From: an uncultured Candidatus Saccharibacteria bacterium
Lineage (GTDB): Bacteria; Patescibacteriota; Minisyncoccia; Phycocordibacterales; CSBR16-119
Direction: 5' to 3'
Assembly: GCA_964490365.1 (NCBI GenBank)
Contig: CAZBAG010000003.1
Coordinates: 18,116-82,115, forward strand
Length of the DNA stretch: 64,000 nt
The translations under genes and the position numbers were made by a program. The notes below the pieces were generated by a model that saw nothing but the letters and a program-made list of their open reading frames with translations, searched no databases and was not told the origin of the DNA. Of the stretch, positions 47,672 through 56,338 are shown one piece after another. The first letter of the stretch is position 1; every line of letters starts with the position of its first letter.

Positions 47672-48062
47672 GATAAGGTTGGTGTACCTCACGTTCCGTT
47701 TCAGTTAAGCAGCTAACGGTTTCGTTAAACTTTCTCGTGGACTCACGTCTAGACGTAATGGATTAATAGGGCTCGTCGACTACTAATGTGATCTGATCCC
47801 GGTCACGACCAGATCCGTCGAGGCAATGTTAACATAGCTGCCCAACCACGGGGTTCTTTGTTGAGATGCTCTAGAACATCTAGAAGGTGCTTTCAAGTGA
47901 CTTAGTAAGAACCATTCAAAAATTGCCACTCATCCCCAAGCGTTAACTCTCCTTGGAGAACCAGAGATAGAGGGGTTATGTATTTTTTGGTACACCGGTC
48001 AACCTTTCAATATGAGTTTATATGAAAGCGATTGATGAGTAAAGAAGGGAACAACTAATTAA
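47672..48062. other. Unassigned 390-nt GC-rich region bracketed by two bidirectional terminator hairpins: candidate structured ncRNA or further decayed gene remnant
   Basis: Hairpins at 47641-47672 (AAACCCCAAGAGTTTTTAACTCTTGGGGT) and 48061-48092 (AAAAAGTCCGGTATTACCGGACTTTTT). A long-range 8-bp complement pairs GGTGTACC at 47684 with GGTACACC at 47987. No ORF longer than 40 codons. Confidence 0.3.
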
Positions 48063-48288
48063 AAAGTCCGGTATTACCGGACTTTTTCTTTGCTCGACTT
48101 AGTCCACGAGGTTGTAACCTTTTGGCAATCATATTTAACTGCCAATAAAGAGCACATTTATATCCCGAATTATAGGGACGGGTTGTTTAAGATTGAGCGG
48201 CCGACGGCTGAGGAAATGGCTGCAGCTTTGTAGAAGGTAGAGATATTCACAGTTGACTTGAATACCCCCTAGGGGGTATCATGTTGAT

Positions 48289-48552
48289 ATGAATACAAAC
48301 AAAGAAAAGATGGCTCGTCGCCTAAAAATCATTGAAGGTCAGGTTCGAGGTTTAAGAGAGATGGTCGAAAAAGGGACTTACTGCATTGATGTGATTACCC
48401 AAAGCTCTGCAATCAAGCAAGGACTTTCGAATGTCGAGGATATGCTCATGGAGCATCACCTTTCGCATTGTGTAGTGAACCAAATAAAAGGCGGTACTCC
48501 TGATAAGGCTGTCGGTGAAGTTCTTAAGGTTTATAAGTTAAAGCGCAAATAA
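48289..48552 (+). CDS. csoR: CsoR/RcnR-family metal-sensing transcriptional repressor
   Basis: An 87-aa four-helix-bundle family with YCIDV...HLSHC (Cys-His-Cys ligand set). Confidence 0.8.
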   Translation: MNTNKEKMARRLKIIEGQVRGLREMVEKGTYCIDVITQSSAIKQGLSNVEDMLMEHHLSHCVVNQIKGGTPDKAVGEVLKVYKLKRK

Positions 48553-48555
48553 ACT

Positions 48556-50880
48556 ATGACCACTGCTAAAACCTACAGAGTAAAAGGAATGCACTGCGCG
48601 TCATGCGCCGGCATTATTGAGAAGACTTTCAAAAAGACTGAGGGTGTCCAGTCTGCAGAGGTTAACTATGGGACCGAAACGGCAAAAATTTCATATGACG
48701 AATCAAAAACAAACCCTCATCATCTTTCACAAAAAATAGAAAAGTTCGGATACTCTCTCGCTCTGGATCAAGACAATCCTCATAATCATGCAGGTCCCAC
48801 AGCCGAAGAAATGGGTATGTCTCCGAGCGAACATGCAGCACATCTTGGTCTAAATCAAACCAAGAAAGAAAAATTGGCTGAAGTTGCAGCTCAGAGAATA
48901 CTTGTACTTTCAGCTTTGCCTCTTGCTGTCATTGCAGCCTTTGTTATGGGTTGGGATATTTTTGCTCAGTACGGCCTGGTAGCTGAAATGAGCTATATCA
49001 TCAAAGAGTTTTTTCATCACCTTCTGCCTCTCCTTGCAACATATACGCTCTTTGTTGTTGGTAAGCCTTATCTCCAGGGTTTTTATCGATTCCTTCGCTA
49101 TGGCAAAGCGAATATGGATACACTTATCGGTATAGGAACAGTCGCTGCATTTTTATACAGTTTTGCGGTGACCGCTTTTGAAGATGTCCTCAGACCTTTT
49201 ATAAACGTTGATTATCAATACTACGACGTAACCATAGTTGTCATCACCTTTATTGCTCTTGGCAAATATTTAGAGGCTTGGTCCAAAATAAAAACTGGTG
49301 ATGCAATTGAGAAGCTTCTTAACCTTCAGGCAAAAACTGCTCTTGTGGTCCGAGACGGAAAAGAAATTGAGATTTCAGTAAATGATGTAAAGCATAACGA
49401 TCTCATAATTGTTAAACCAGGAGCAAAGATTCCGGTGGATGGTGTGATAACCGAAGGATCATCTTTTGTAGACGAATCAATGGTTACCGGTGAACCAATG
49501 CCAGCCCAAAAGAAAATCGGAGACTCAGTCGTAGCGGGAACAATCAACACAAACGGATCATTTACATTTAAAGCTACGAAAGTTGGTTCAGAAACTCTAC
49601 TCGCACAAATAATCAAAATGGTTGAAGACGCTCAAGGTAGCAAGGCACCTATTCAAGCATTGGCCGATAAAATTTCATCCGTCTTTGTACCAATTGTCCT
49701 CGTTATCGCATTCCTTACCCTTGGCGCTTGGTTATTCTTCGGATCGCAATATCTTGGTTTTTCTCAAGCGCTTTCATTCGGTCTTGTGTCGTTTGTCGGC
49801 ATACTCGTGATCGCTTGCCCTTGTGCACTTGGTCTCGCAACTCCTACGGCAATTATCGTCGGCGTTGGAAAGGGTGCTAAAGAAGGTATCCTCATTAAAG
49901 ATGCGGCAACACTAGAGAAACTCCACAAGGTAAATACAGTGGTGGTTGATAAGACAGGTACGATCACGAAAGGAAAGCCAGCTCTTGTGGATATTCAAAA
50001 TCTTTCAGATAAAAAGGATGACGAACTTGTATCCATCCTTGCATCGCTTGAAAAGAAATCAGAACACCCGATCGCCCATGCGATCGTAAGCTATGCGCAA
50101 GAGAAAAACATTCGGGTATCTAATATTTCAAATTTCGAGGGCATACAAGGTAAAGGACTTAAGGGAACAATTAGTGGAACTGAATACTTTGTTGGCAATG
50201 CCAAACTCATTAAAGACCTGAGTATTTCATTCGATTCGTCAAAAGTTGAGCAGTTCACAGCTCAAGGAAAAACTCCGGTCATTCTCGCAACTAAAGAAAA
50301 GGTTCTCGGTTTTGTCATGGTGGCCGATGAAATAAAAGCGGAATCGATTGAAGCAGTAAAAAATCTCCACTCGCTTGGTATCAAAGTAGTGATGCTCACC
50401 GGCGATGATGAAAAGGCAGCAAAATACATTGCCTCATTGGTTGGTATTGATGATGTGGTTGCGCACGTACTTCCTGAAGACAAATTGAAAAAGATTGAGG
50501 AGCTGCAGTCACAAGGTCGAGTGGTTGCCATGGCAGGTGATGGTGTAAACGACGCTCCTGCACTCGCTCAAGCTGATGTGGGTATTGCCATGGGGACCGG
50601 AACTGATGTGGCTATCGAATCGGCCGGCATTACACTTCTCGGGGGTGATATTTCAAAGCTCGTAAAAGCTATCAAACTTTCAAAAATGACCATGCGCGGC
50701 ATCAAACAGAATCTCTTCTGGGCTTTCATCTACAATATTGTCGGTATTCCTCTTGCAGCTGGGGCGTTATATCCAGTCTTCGGTTGGCTCCTTAATCCCG
50801 TCTTTGCCGGATTTGCCATGGCGATGTCTTCGGTATCGGTCGTATCAAACTCACTTAGGATTAAAGCTCAAAAACTATAA
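48556..50880 (+). CDS. copA: Copper-translocating P1B-type ATPase
   Basis: N-terminal HMA domain GMHCASCAG, transmembrane CPC motif, DKTGTIT phosphorylation site and GDGVNDAP. Confidence 0.95.
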   Translation: MTTAKTYRVKGMHCASCAGIIEKTFKKTEGVQSAEVNYGTETAKISYDESKTNPHHLSQKIEKFGYSLALDQDNPHNHAGPTAEEMGMSPSEHAAHLGLNQTKKEKLAEVAAQRILVLSALPLAVIAAFVMGWDIFAQYGLVAEMSYIIKEFFHHLLPLLATYTLFVVGKPYLQGFYRFLRYGKANMDTLIGIGTVAAFLYSFAVTAFEDVLRPFINVDYQYYDVTIVVITFIALGKYLEAWSKIKTGDAIEKLLNLQAKTALVVRDGKEIEISVNDVKHNDLIIVKPGAKIPVDGVITEGSSFVDESMVTGEPMPAQKKIGDSVVAGTINTNGSFTFKATKVGSETLLAQIIKMVEDAQGSKAPIQALADKISSVFVPIVLVIAFLTLGAWLFFGSQYLGFSQALSFGLVSFVGILVIACPCALGLATPTAIIVGVGKGAKEGILIKDAATLEKLHKVNTVVVDKTGTITKGKPALVDIQNLSDKKDDELVSILASLEKKSEHPIAHAIVSYAQEKNIRVSNISNFEGIQGKGLKGTISGTEYFVGNAKLIKDLSISFDSSKVEQFTAQGKTPVILATKEKVLGFVMVADEIKAESIEAVKNLHSLGIKVVMLTGDDEKAAKYIASLVGIDDVVAHVLPEDKLKKIEELQSQGRVVAMAGDGVNDAPALAQADVGIAMGTGTDVAIESAGITLLGGDISKLVKAIKLSKMTMRGIKQNLFWAFIYNIVGIPLAAGALYPVFGWLLNPVFAGFAMAMSSVSVVSNSLRIKAQKL

Positions 50881-50885
50881 TTATC

Positions 50886-51917
50886 ATGTCTACACAAACA
50901 CAGAAATACACCTTTCACGTTCATGGCATGCACTGCAACTCCTGTGTACTTATGACTGAAAGTGAGATCGGCGATCTGCCGAACGTCACTCATGTTAAAT
51001 CGAGCTTGAAAAATCATTCAGTTCAAGTAATTGGCGACTTTAGAAATAAGACATTGGAACAGATCGCAGAAGAACTTACCGTCCCCCTCAAGCCTCATGG
51101 CTATACTGTGTCAGTTGAAAAACAAAAACATAATGCCAAATGGGGAGACTTTAAAATTGCGATCCCAATCGCACTAAGTTTTGCTGTCCTCTTTGTAGTC
51201 CTGCAGAAACTGGGAATTGTTAACCTAGTGAGCGCAGGCAATGTCACATACGGCACTGCTTTCGTGATCGGTATCATTGCTTCACTTTCAACATGCATGG
51301 CAGTTGTCGGCGGGCTAGTTCTATCAATGTCAGCAACTTTTGCTAAAGAGGGCGACAAGATAAAACCTCAGCTTATGTTCCATGCTGGACGAATAGCCTC
51401 ATTCTTTGTACTCGGTGGAGTAATTGGTGCGATCGGGTCAGCATTTACACTCAATACTTCTGCGACGTTTATCCTGAGTTTGATAATTGGCATAGTCATG
51501 CTCATCCTCGGTATCAATCTTCTCGATACATTCCATTGGGCAAAAAAGTTGCAGCCGTCAATGCCGAAGTTTATTGCTAAGCATGCTCATAGCGTATCAA
51601 AGTTCAATCATACACTTACGCCGCTTCTTGTAGGTATTGTTACTTTTTTCCTGCCATGCGGATTCACACAGTCAATGCAACTTTATACGCTTACCACTGG
51701 TAATTTCCTTCATGGCGGACTGACTATGCTCGCGTTTGCACTTGGAACATTGCCAGTTCTCGCGCTCATTAGTTTTAGCTCATTCAGTATTCAAAAAAGT
51801 TCAAAGGCAGGAGTGTTCTTTAAGACTGCAGGGCTTATTGTGATTATGTTCGCATTATTCAATCTCATTAATAGTCTGGTAGTGATCGGAGTCATACCGC
51901 CAATATTTAACTTCTAG
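50886..51917 (+). CDS. HMA-domain protein fused to a CcdA/DsbD-type thiol-disulfide membrane domain
   Basis: N-terminal GMHCNSCV metal-binding domain. The membrane part has Cys in transmembrane segment 1 (LSTCMAV) and in a later segment (FLPCGF), as in CcdA/DsbD/MerT-like proteins. Confidence 0.6.
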   Translation: MSTQTQKYTFHVHGMHCNSCVLMTESEIGDLPNVTHVKSSLKNHSVQVIGDFRNKTLEQIAEELTVPLKPHGYTVSVEKQKHNAKWGDFKIAIPIALSFAVLFVVLQKLGIVNLVSAGNVTYGTAFVIGIIASLSTCMAVVGGLVLSMSATFAKEGDKIKPQLMFHAGRIASFFVLGGVIGAIGSAFTLNTSATFILSLIIGIVMLILGINLLDTFHWAKKLQPSMPKFIAKHAHSVSKFNHTLTPLLVGIVTFFLPCGFTQSMQLYTLTTGNFLHGGLTMLAFALGTLPVLALISFSSFSIQKSSKAGVFFKTAGLIVIMFALFNLINSLVVIGVIPPIFNF

Positions 51918-51930
51918 TATAATTCTAATC

Positions 51931-52320
51931 ATGAAAGCAACTATTATTTCAGTCATTGTGGCGGTGTCCCTCATCGGGGGAGCTTTCTTGCTTAGCCGAG
52001 GAAGTTCTAGCGATGATAATTCTATTCCCGCAAACAATGTCAGCATCGTGGATGGAAAACAAATAATCGAGATACGAGCAAAAGGCGGATACCGGCCACG
52101 AAAGAGTATTGCGAAAGCCGGCATGCCTACAGTGTTGCGATTCAATACCGCAGGCACATTCGACTGCTCATCCTCGGTACGCATTCCAAGTCTCAATATC
52201 AGCAAAGGTCTGCTACAGTCAGGTTCTACTGACATAGATATTGGTACCGGAAAGCTGGGAACACTTCAGGGTTCATGCGGAATGGGCATGTATCCGTTTG
52301 AAGTTGAGTTTCAAAGTTAA
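51931..52320 (+). CDS. Small secreted cupredoxin-like protein
   Basis: Signal anchor followed by a beta-rich domain with Cys and Met ligand candidates (FDCSSS...GSCGMGMYPFEVEF). Confidence 0.45.
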   Translation: MKATIISVIVAVSLIGGAFLLSRGSSSDDNSIPANNVSIVDGKQIIEIRAKGGYRPRKSIAKAGMPTVLRFNTAGTFDCSSSVRIPSLNISKGLLQSGSTDIDIGTGKLGTLQGSCGMGMYPFEVEFQS

Positions 52321-52346
52321 TTATTATTAATGTAAATTAAAAATAT

Positions 52347-52715
52347 ATGACAACAAATAAAAAATTAGAATGGATATTGAGGATTGGTGTAGCCGGTGAA
52401 TTTTTGGGGCATGGTATTTTCGCACTTCAAGGTAAAGCTGATTGGATAAAGTGGACACAGCAGCTTTCAGGTATGGAAGCCTCAACTGCTACAACTTTTA
52501 TTTTTATCGTCGGTCTCGTCGATGTTCTCTTGGCTATTCTGGTTCTAGTAAAACCGGTCCGTCCCATCCTACTTTGGATGGCATTTTGGGGGTTTTGGAC
52601 AGCGCTTGTTCGCCCGCTAGTCGGAATGCCTATATGGGATTTCATCGAGCGTTTCGCTAACTGGGCAGCACCGTTGGCTCTCTACTACGTTTATAGAGTG
52701 AACAAGGATAAGTAG
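52347..52715 (+). CDS. DoxX-like small membrane protein
   Basis: A 122-aa protein with 3-4 transmembrane segments. Confidence 0.35.
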   Translation: MTTNKKLEWILRIGVAGEFLGHGIFALQGKADWIKWTQQLSGMEASTATTFIFIVGLVDVLLAILVLVKPVRPILLWMAFWGFWTALVRPLVGMPIWDFIERFANWAAPLALYYVYRVNKDK

Positions 52716-52720
52716 CTTGT

Positions 52721-52960
52721 TTAAGGTACAAAGTTTGCAGCCTTCTCAGTTGCAGCATCTTTAGCAGGTTGGACTTGTTCGTGCCAACAAACGTCTATAT
52801 CCCATCTGATTGGCCATTCAAATACACAATTAGTTACAAATCGATAAGCAAATATGCAAATAAAGCTGACAGCGAAAATACTTATAAAAAGTATCCACTG
52901 GAACTTTTCAAATTCAGTCATTTTCTTTTCTCTGTGTCTGTGAAATCTGCGACGACTCAT
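52721..52960 (-). CDS. Small membrane protein, hypothetical (79 aa), last gene of the minus-strand operon headed by the RelA/SpoT-fusion gene
   Basis: Overlaps the upstream ORF by 4 nt (operon-like). One transmembrane segment. Confidence 0.3.
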   Translation of the reverse strand: MSRRRFHRHREKKMTEFEKFQWILFISIFAVSFICIFAYRFVTNCVFEWPIRWDIDVCWHEQVQPAKDAATEKAANFVP

Positions 52961-53271
52961 AGTATTGGATTATTATTTTCGTCCACTCGATGATATTTTT
53001 CTTTAAGAATTTTCGTGAATTCATCAAGTTCAGTTTTACTAACCCACTTAGCATTGTAGAATTTTACAAACGCAAACCACTCTTCAGTTGTTGGAGTAAA
53101 GAAGTGAACCATATTGTTTGCGTACTGATCATCCCATGTCCGAATATCAACTCTGCCGTAGGCCCAGTCTCTGATTTTAGGATTTATCAGGGTCGGATCA
53201 GTCCAACCTTGTTCCACAAATATCAGTTGGAATTTGTCTTTGTATTCAGCTGGAGTTTCTTGATCGTTCAT
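52957..53271 (-). CDS. Hypothetical 104-aa protein immediately downstream of the RelA/SpoT-fusion gene
   Basis: Same strand, 77-bp gap to the 974-aa gene. Trp/acidic-rich. No family was recognised. Confidence 0.35.
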   Translation of the reverse strand: MNDQETPAEYKDKFQLIFVEQGWTDPTLINPKIRDWAYGRVDIRTWDDQYANNMVHFFTPTTEEWFAFVKFYNAKWVSKTELDEFTKILKEKYHRVDENNNPIL

Positions 53272-53348
53272 GTCCGCATTTTAACTTCAAACAAAAGATT
53301 AGTGAATGAATGGTAAAAATAGGGTTCCATTCACTGGTTTTATTGAAA

Positions 53349-56273
53349 TTAAGGGCCAAACTCTCGTTTTCGAATCTCAACACCCTCCTCGGCTCGTTTT
53401 CGTTCGTGCATGATTCTTACGTTAAGGTATTTTTCGTATTCCACAGCAAAATTCTTTACGGCGGTATGAGGATCGGTCTTAAGTTTCTGTGCATCCGCTT
53501 TCTTTGCTTCGTAGGCTGTTACAAAACCGTCTTCTCCCATGACTACACCTGTTTGAGAAAGACTACCGAATAGCGAACCCCGAATCTCATCATATTTGGC
53601 ATGGTCATGGTATTTTTTAGCGATTGCTTTTACTACGCCAAATAGAAAATCCTCCCCTTGGCGTTTATTAATTATGGATAAAACTATATCCAGTTCTTCT
53701 TTTCCACCATTATTTACAAGATCAACCAGGGACTGCTCAAAGGTGGGGCTGAAACTTGAAAAGATTTCTTCCAAAAGATGGCTAGCTTCCCATCGAAACA
53801 ACCATTTGTTTTTCTTGCCACCTTTACTGAACCATGCCAAAAGCATAGGTATAATTTTTGTCTCATTTTTCTTTAAGGCAGCATTGAGTTTGTGAAAATT
53901 AAAGGGAACAGCATCGTATCTGTCATATATGTTTCTCTCACGTTTTGATTTAAGTTCGACTCTTTTGTAGAAAAAATCAATTATCTTTTCAGGATACTTT
54001 TCAGCAAGCGGCATCAGAACCTCCTCGATATGATAGTCGATGTGTGGGAACATCAATAAGTTTTCAACAAGTACGTCAAAGTCTTTTTCAGAAAAATCCT
54101 TTAAAATAGATTCTCCTCGAAACCAGACGTTCTGAATCCACCAGTAGTTTTTATTTTTTGTAAGCTCTTTAAGTGTCTTTATAAATAAAGCTCTCGTGTT
54201 TTTATATTTTGGGTAGTTTCTGACTATTGAACCTGTGATGTTGTTAAGGGCTTGCAAATCCTTCTTTGCTTTTGCCTTAGTGAATATTTTATTCAAGATT
54301 TTTCCATCAATTTCTTCCACATAGTCAAATAGGCGTGCTGAAACCGCTAAATGCTTATCATCCATGGTCCATTCACTGACAATCTGTTTTGCCTTCTTCT
54401 TTTGAGGGCCTGACCAAATTCCAGCTATAAGGTGAATGAGAAACGGATCAAGCTCTGGAGTATCGATGAGTTGCAGAGCAAGGTTGGTTTTTTGCTTTCC
54501 AAGCTCATAAAGGAATTTGTTGAAATATTGAAATTCGCCTGGCTCGACGCTGGAGTAGTTTTTAATAATTTTTAGAATTTTAAGTTTCCATTCAGGAATA
54601 TTTTCCTGGGTAATATCCTGCACATATTGAGATACCTGATTGTTTCTTGTTTTTGCTGCTTTACCCCAATCCATTTCCTCGTCAAAACGTCCATCATAGC
54701 CAACAAGCACTCTGTACATTTGGTAATCCTGATTTGAGTGGATTATGGCATCTAAATCTCCAATACGAGCAAAAGACTCTCTCTTAAATCTCCTTATAAG
54801 CCAGTATGACTGCTCCTCAATTTCTTTCATGATCTCATTTTCAGCAGATGGGAGTATAGAAATATAAAAATCAATTAGCTCATTAGTGTTTTCGATAATG
54901 ACCTTCTCCATTTCTTCGTTCTTTTCTCCTCGATCTGAAGTGTAAGATGCTTGCTGTAGTCTTTTCAGCACTTTCTCTTTTAGACTGACGCTGGGAGCAA
55001 GGAAGTAGAGCTTTTTACCAAGTGCCAGCGTTCTTTTTCTGACCTCGAGAAGTGGTTTGTCGGGGTGTAAGGCTCCGAAATGAAAAGTGAATGTTTTATA
55101 ATCAGTCATCTCATGACCCTCAAAAGAAGGGTCGAGAAGGTGACCAACTGCTTCGGCAGCAAGATCAAATCGTTTTAATGTCTCAGCTTCACTCCACGCT
55201 TCAATTTTTTCCAAAAGAAGAATTTGCATTTGATATCCTATCTGTTTCAATGCCCTAAGATCGTACTGTGCAAAATGCTCGAATACTTTCAATACCTTTG
55301 CTTTAATATCCTTGTCTGTATCTTCAGCAATCTCTGCTAACAAATCAAAAGCTTCTATTGGTCTATGAAATCTAAGTTTTTCGATTATATCGAGACACAC
55401 GATTGCCACATCTTTATATGAATGACCGGCAAGCTTACCAAAAGGGGTCTCCATTGGCTCAGTTTTGGTATTTTTTGCTTTGGCGATTACAGCTTTAATT
55501 ATCGTTGCCGCATTAAGGTGTTCTGGAGTCTTGTCTCCAAATTCTTCGATGTATTTTAAAAGGAGCTTTAAATTTTCGTGCAATTCATTATTTGATTTTG
55601 AATCAAGTACGCTCTTAAGAAAGGACTCGTCAAAGATTTTTTTACCTTCCTTTACCTTTTGAATCTCTTTTGCAATGAAGTCAAAAGTATACTGGGCTTC
55701 CTTGATATGATTCTTCATCGTATCTGCCAGGCGTTTTTGTAGAGATTCAAAGGTATGTGAATCAAAGTTTTTGATTTCATCATCAGGTTTATAGGTAGAA
55801 TCATGAGCCATTTCTGACCATGCATGATAAAGGACTGTGGTGAGCTGAATTTCGCATTTTAGTCCATTGAATCTTTGATACTTTGCTGATTTCAAAAGGT
55901 CGTCTTTTAATTTAACAATCAAATGTGATGCATTGTAACCATCTGTAGAAAATCTAAGGTTATGTTTGACAACCTCGAATTCTTTGAATAACAGGTTTGC
56001 AAATCTATCAATATTATCTGTATAAAAAATAACTCTGCAGCCAGAAAGATCATCTATTTCAAGTAAATCTTTAACATTTACCTTGCCACTCTCCAGCTTT
56101 CTTTTTAAGTGATCAGGGTCTTTTTCTCTACTTGCAACCATTTGGTATCCAAATGATTCATTTTTTAATATACTCTCCAAAATTGATTTTACTTCGAGAG
56201 CAAAATCATGAAAGTCCTCCTTTCTCTTTTTATAGCTTTCAATTAAGGTTTTAATATTTTCTTCTTTTGACAT
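53349..56273 (-). CDS. 974-aa protein with an N-terminal RelA/SpoT-type nucleotidyltransferase (alarmone-synthetase-like) domain fused to an approximately 800-aa all-helical C-terminal region
   Basis: RelA/SpoT synthetase-fold motifs are present: DDLSGCRVIFY (compare DxxGxRVI), YNASHLIVKL (compare YRSLHTAV) and CEIQLTTVLYHAWSEMAHDSTYK (compare EIQIRTxxMHxxAExGxAAHWxYK). The remainder is helical with no recognised domain. Confidence 0.75.
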   Translation of the reverse strand: MSKEENIKTLIESYKKRKEDFHDFALEVKSILESILKNESFGYQMVASREKDPDHLKRKLESGKVNVKDLLEIDDLSGCRVIFYTDNIDRFANLLFKEFEVVKHNLRFSTDGYNASHLIVKLKDDLLKSAKYQRFNGLKCEIQLTTVLYHAWSEMAHDSTYKPDDEIKNFDSHTFESLQKRLADTMKNHIKEAQYTFDFIAKEIQKVKEGKKIFDESFLKSVLDSKSNNELHENLKLLLKYIEEFGDKTPEHLNAATIIKAVIAKAKNTKTEPMETPFGKLAGHSYKDVAIVCLDIIEKLRFHRPIEAFDLLAEIAEDTDKDIKAKVLKVFEHFAQYDLRALKQIGYQMQILLLEKIEAWSEAETLKRFDLAAEAVGHLLDPSFEGHEMTDYKTFTFHFGALHPDKPLLEVRKRTLALGKKLYFLAPSVSLKEKVLKRLQQASYTSDRGEKNEEMEKVIIENTNELIDFYISILPSAENEIMKEIEEQSYWLIRRFKRESFARIGDLDAIIHSNQDYQMYRVLVGYDGRFDEEMDWGKAAKTRNNQVSQYVQDITQENIPEWKLKILKIIKNYSSVEPGEFQYFNKFLYELGKQKTNLALQLIDTPELDPFLIHLIAGIWSGPQKKKAKQIVSEWTMDDKHLAVSARLFDYVEEIDGKILNKIFTKAKAKKDLQALNNITGSIVRNYPKYKNTRALFIKTLKELTKNKNYWWIQNVWFRGESILKDFSEKDFDVLVENLLMFPHIDYHIEEVLMPLAEKYPEKIIDFFYKRVELKSKRERNIYDRYDAVPFNFHKLNAALKKNETKIIPMLLAWFSKGGKKNKWLFRWEASHLLEEIFSSFSPTFEQSLVDLVNNGGKEELDIVLSIINKRQGEDFLFGVVKAIAKKYHDHAKYDEIRGSLFGSLSQTGVVMGEDGFVTAYEAKKADAQKLKTDPHTAVKNFAVEYEKYLNVRIMHERKRAEEGVEIRKREFGP

Positions 56274-56289
56274 GAATATTTGTTTACGT

Positions 56290-56308
56290 GTTGATAACTG
56301 GGGTTGAT
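56290..56308. promoter_or_regulatory. Direct repeat GTTGAT-N7-GTTGAT in the 65-bp divergent promoter region, just upstream of a TATAAT box (56327-56332): candidate operator for the LexA-fusion protein
   Basis: GTTGATAACTGGGGTTGAT. It lies between the RelA/SpoT-fusion start (56273, minus strand) and the LexA-methylase start (56339). Confidence 0.35.
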
Positions 56309-56338
56309 GACTTTCTATTTATTTTCTATAATATCACC

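Noticed and set aside
47672-48062. Calling this region tmRNA (ssrA) or RNase P RNA
   Set aside because: On the minus strand there is a …PLAA-stop frame. However, there is no tRNA-like T-arm/acceptor 3' end, no GGGG…UUCGAC 5' end, and no GGAAAGUCC/P4 motif on either strand. It is kept only as an unassigned candidate.
56274-56338. Canonical LexA/SOS box (CTGT-N8-ACAG or GAAC-N4-GTTC) in the divergent promoter
   Set aside because: Neither consensus is present. Only a GTTGAT-N7-GTTGAT direct repeat was seen, which is reported as a low-confidence candidate operator instead.
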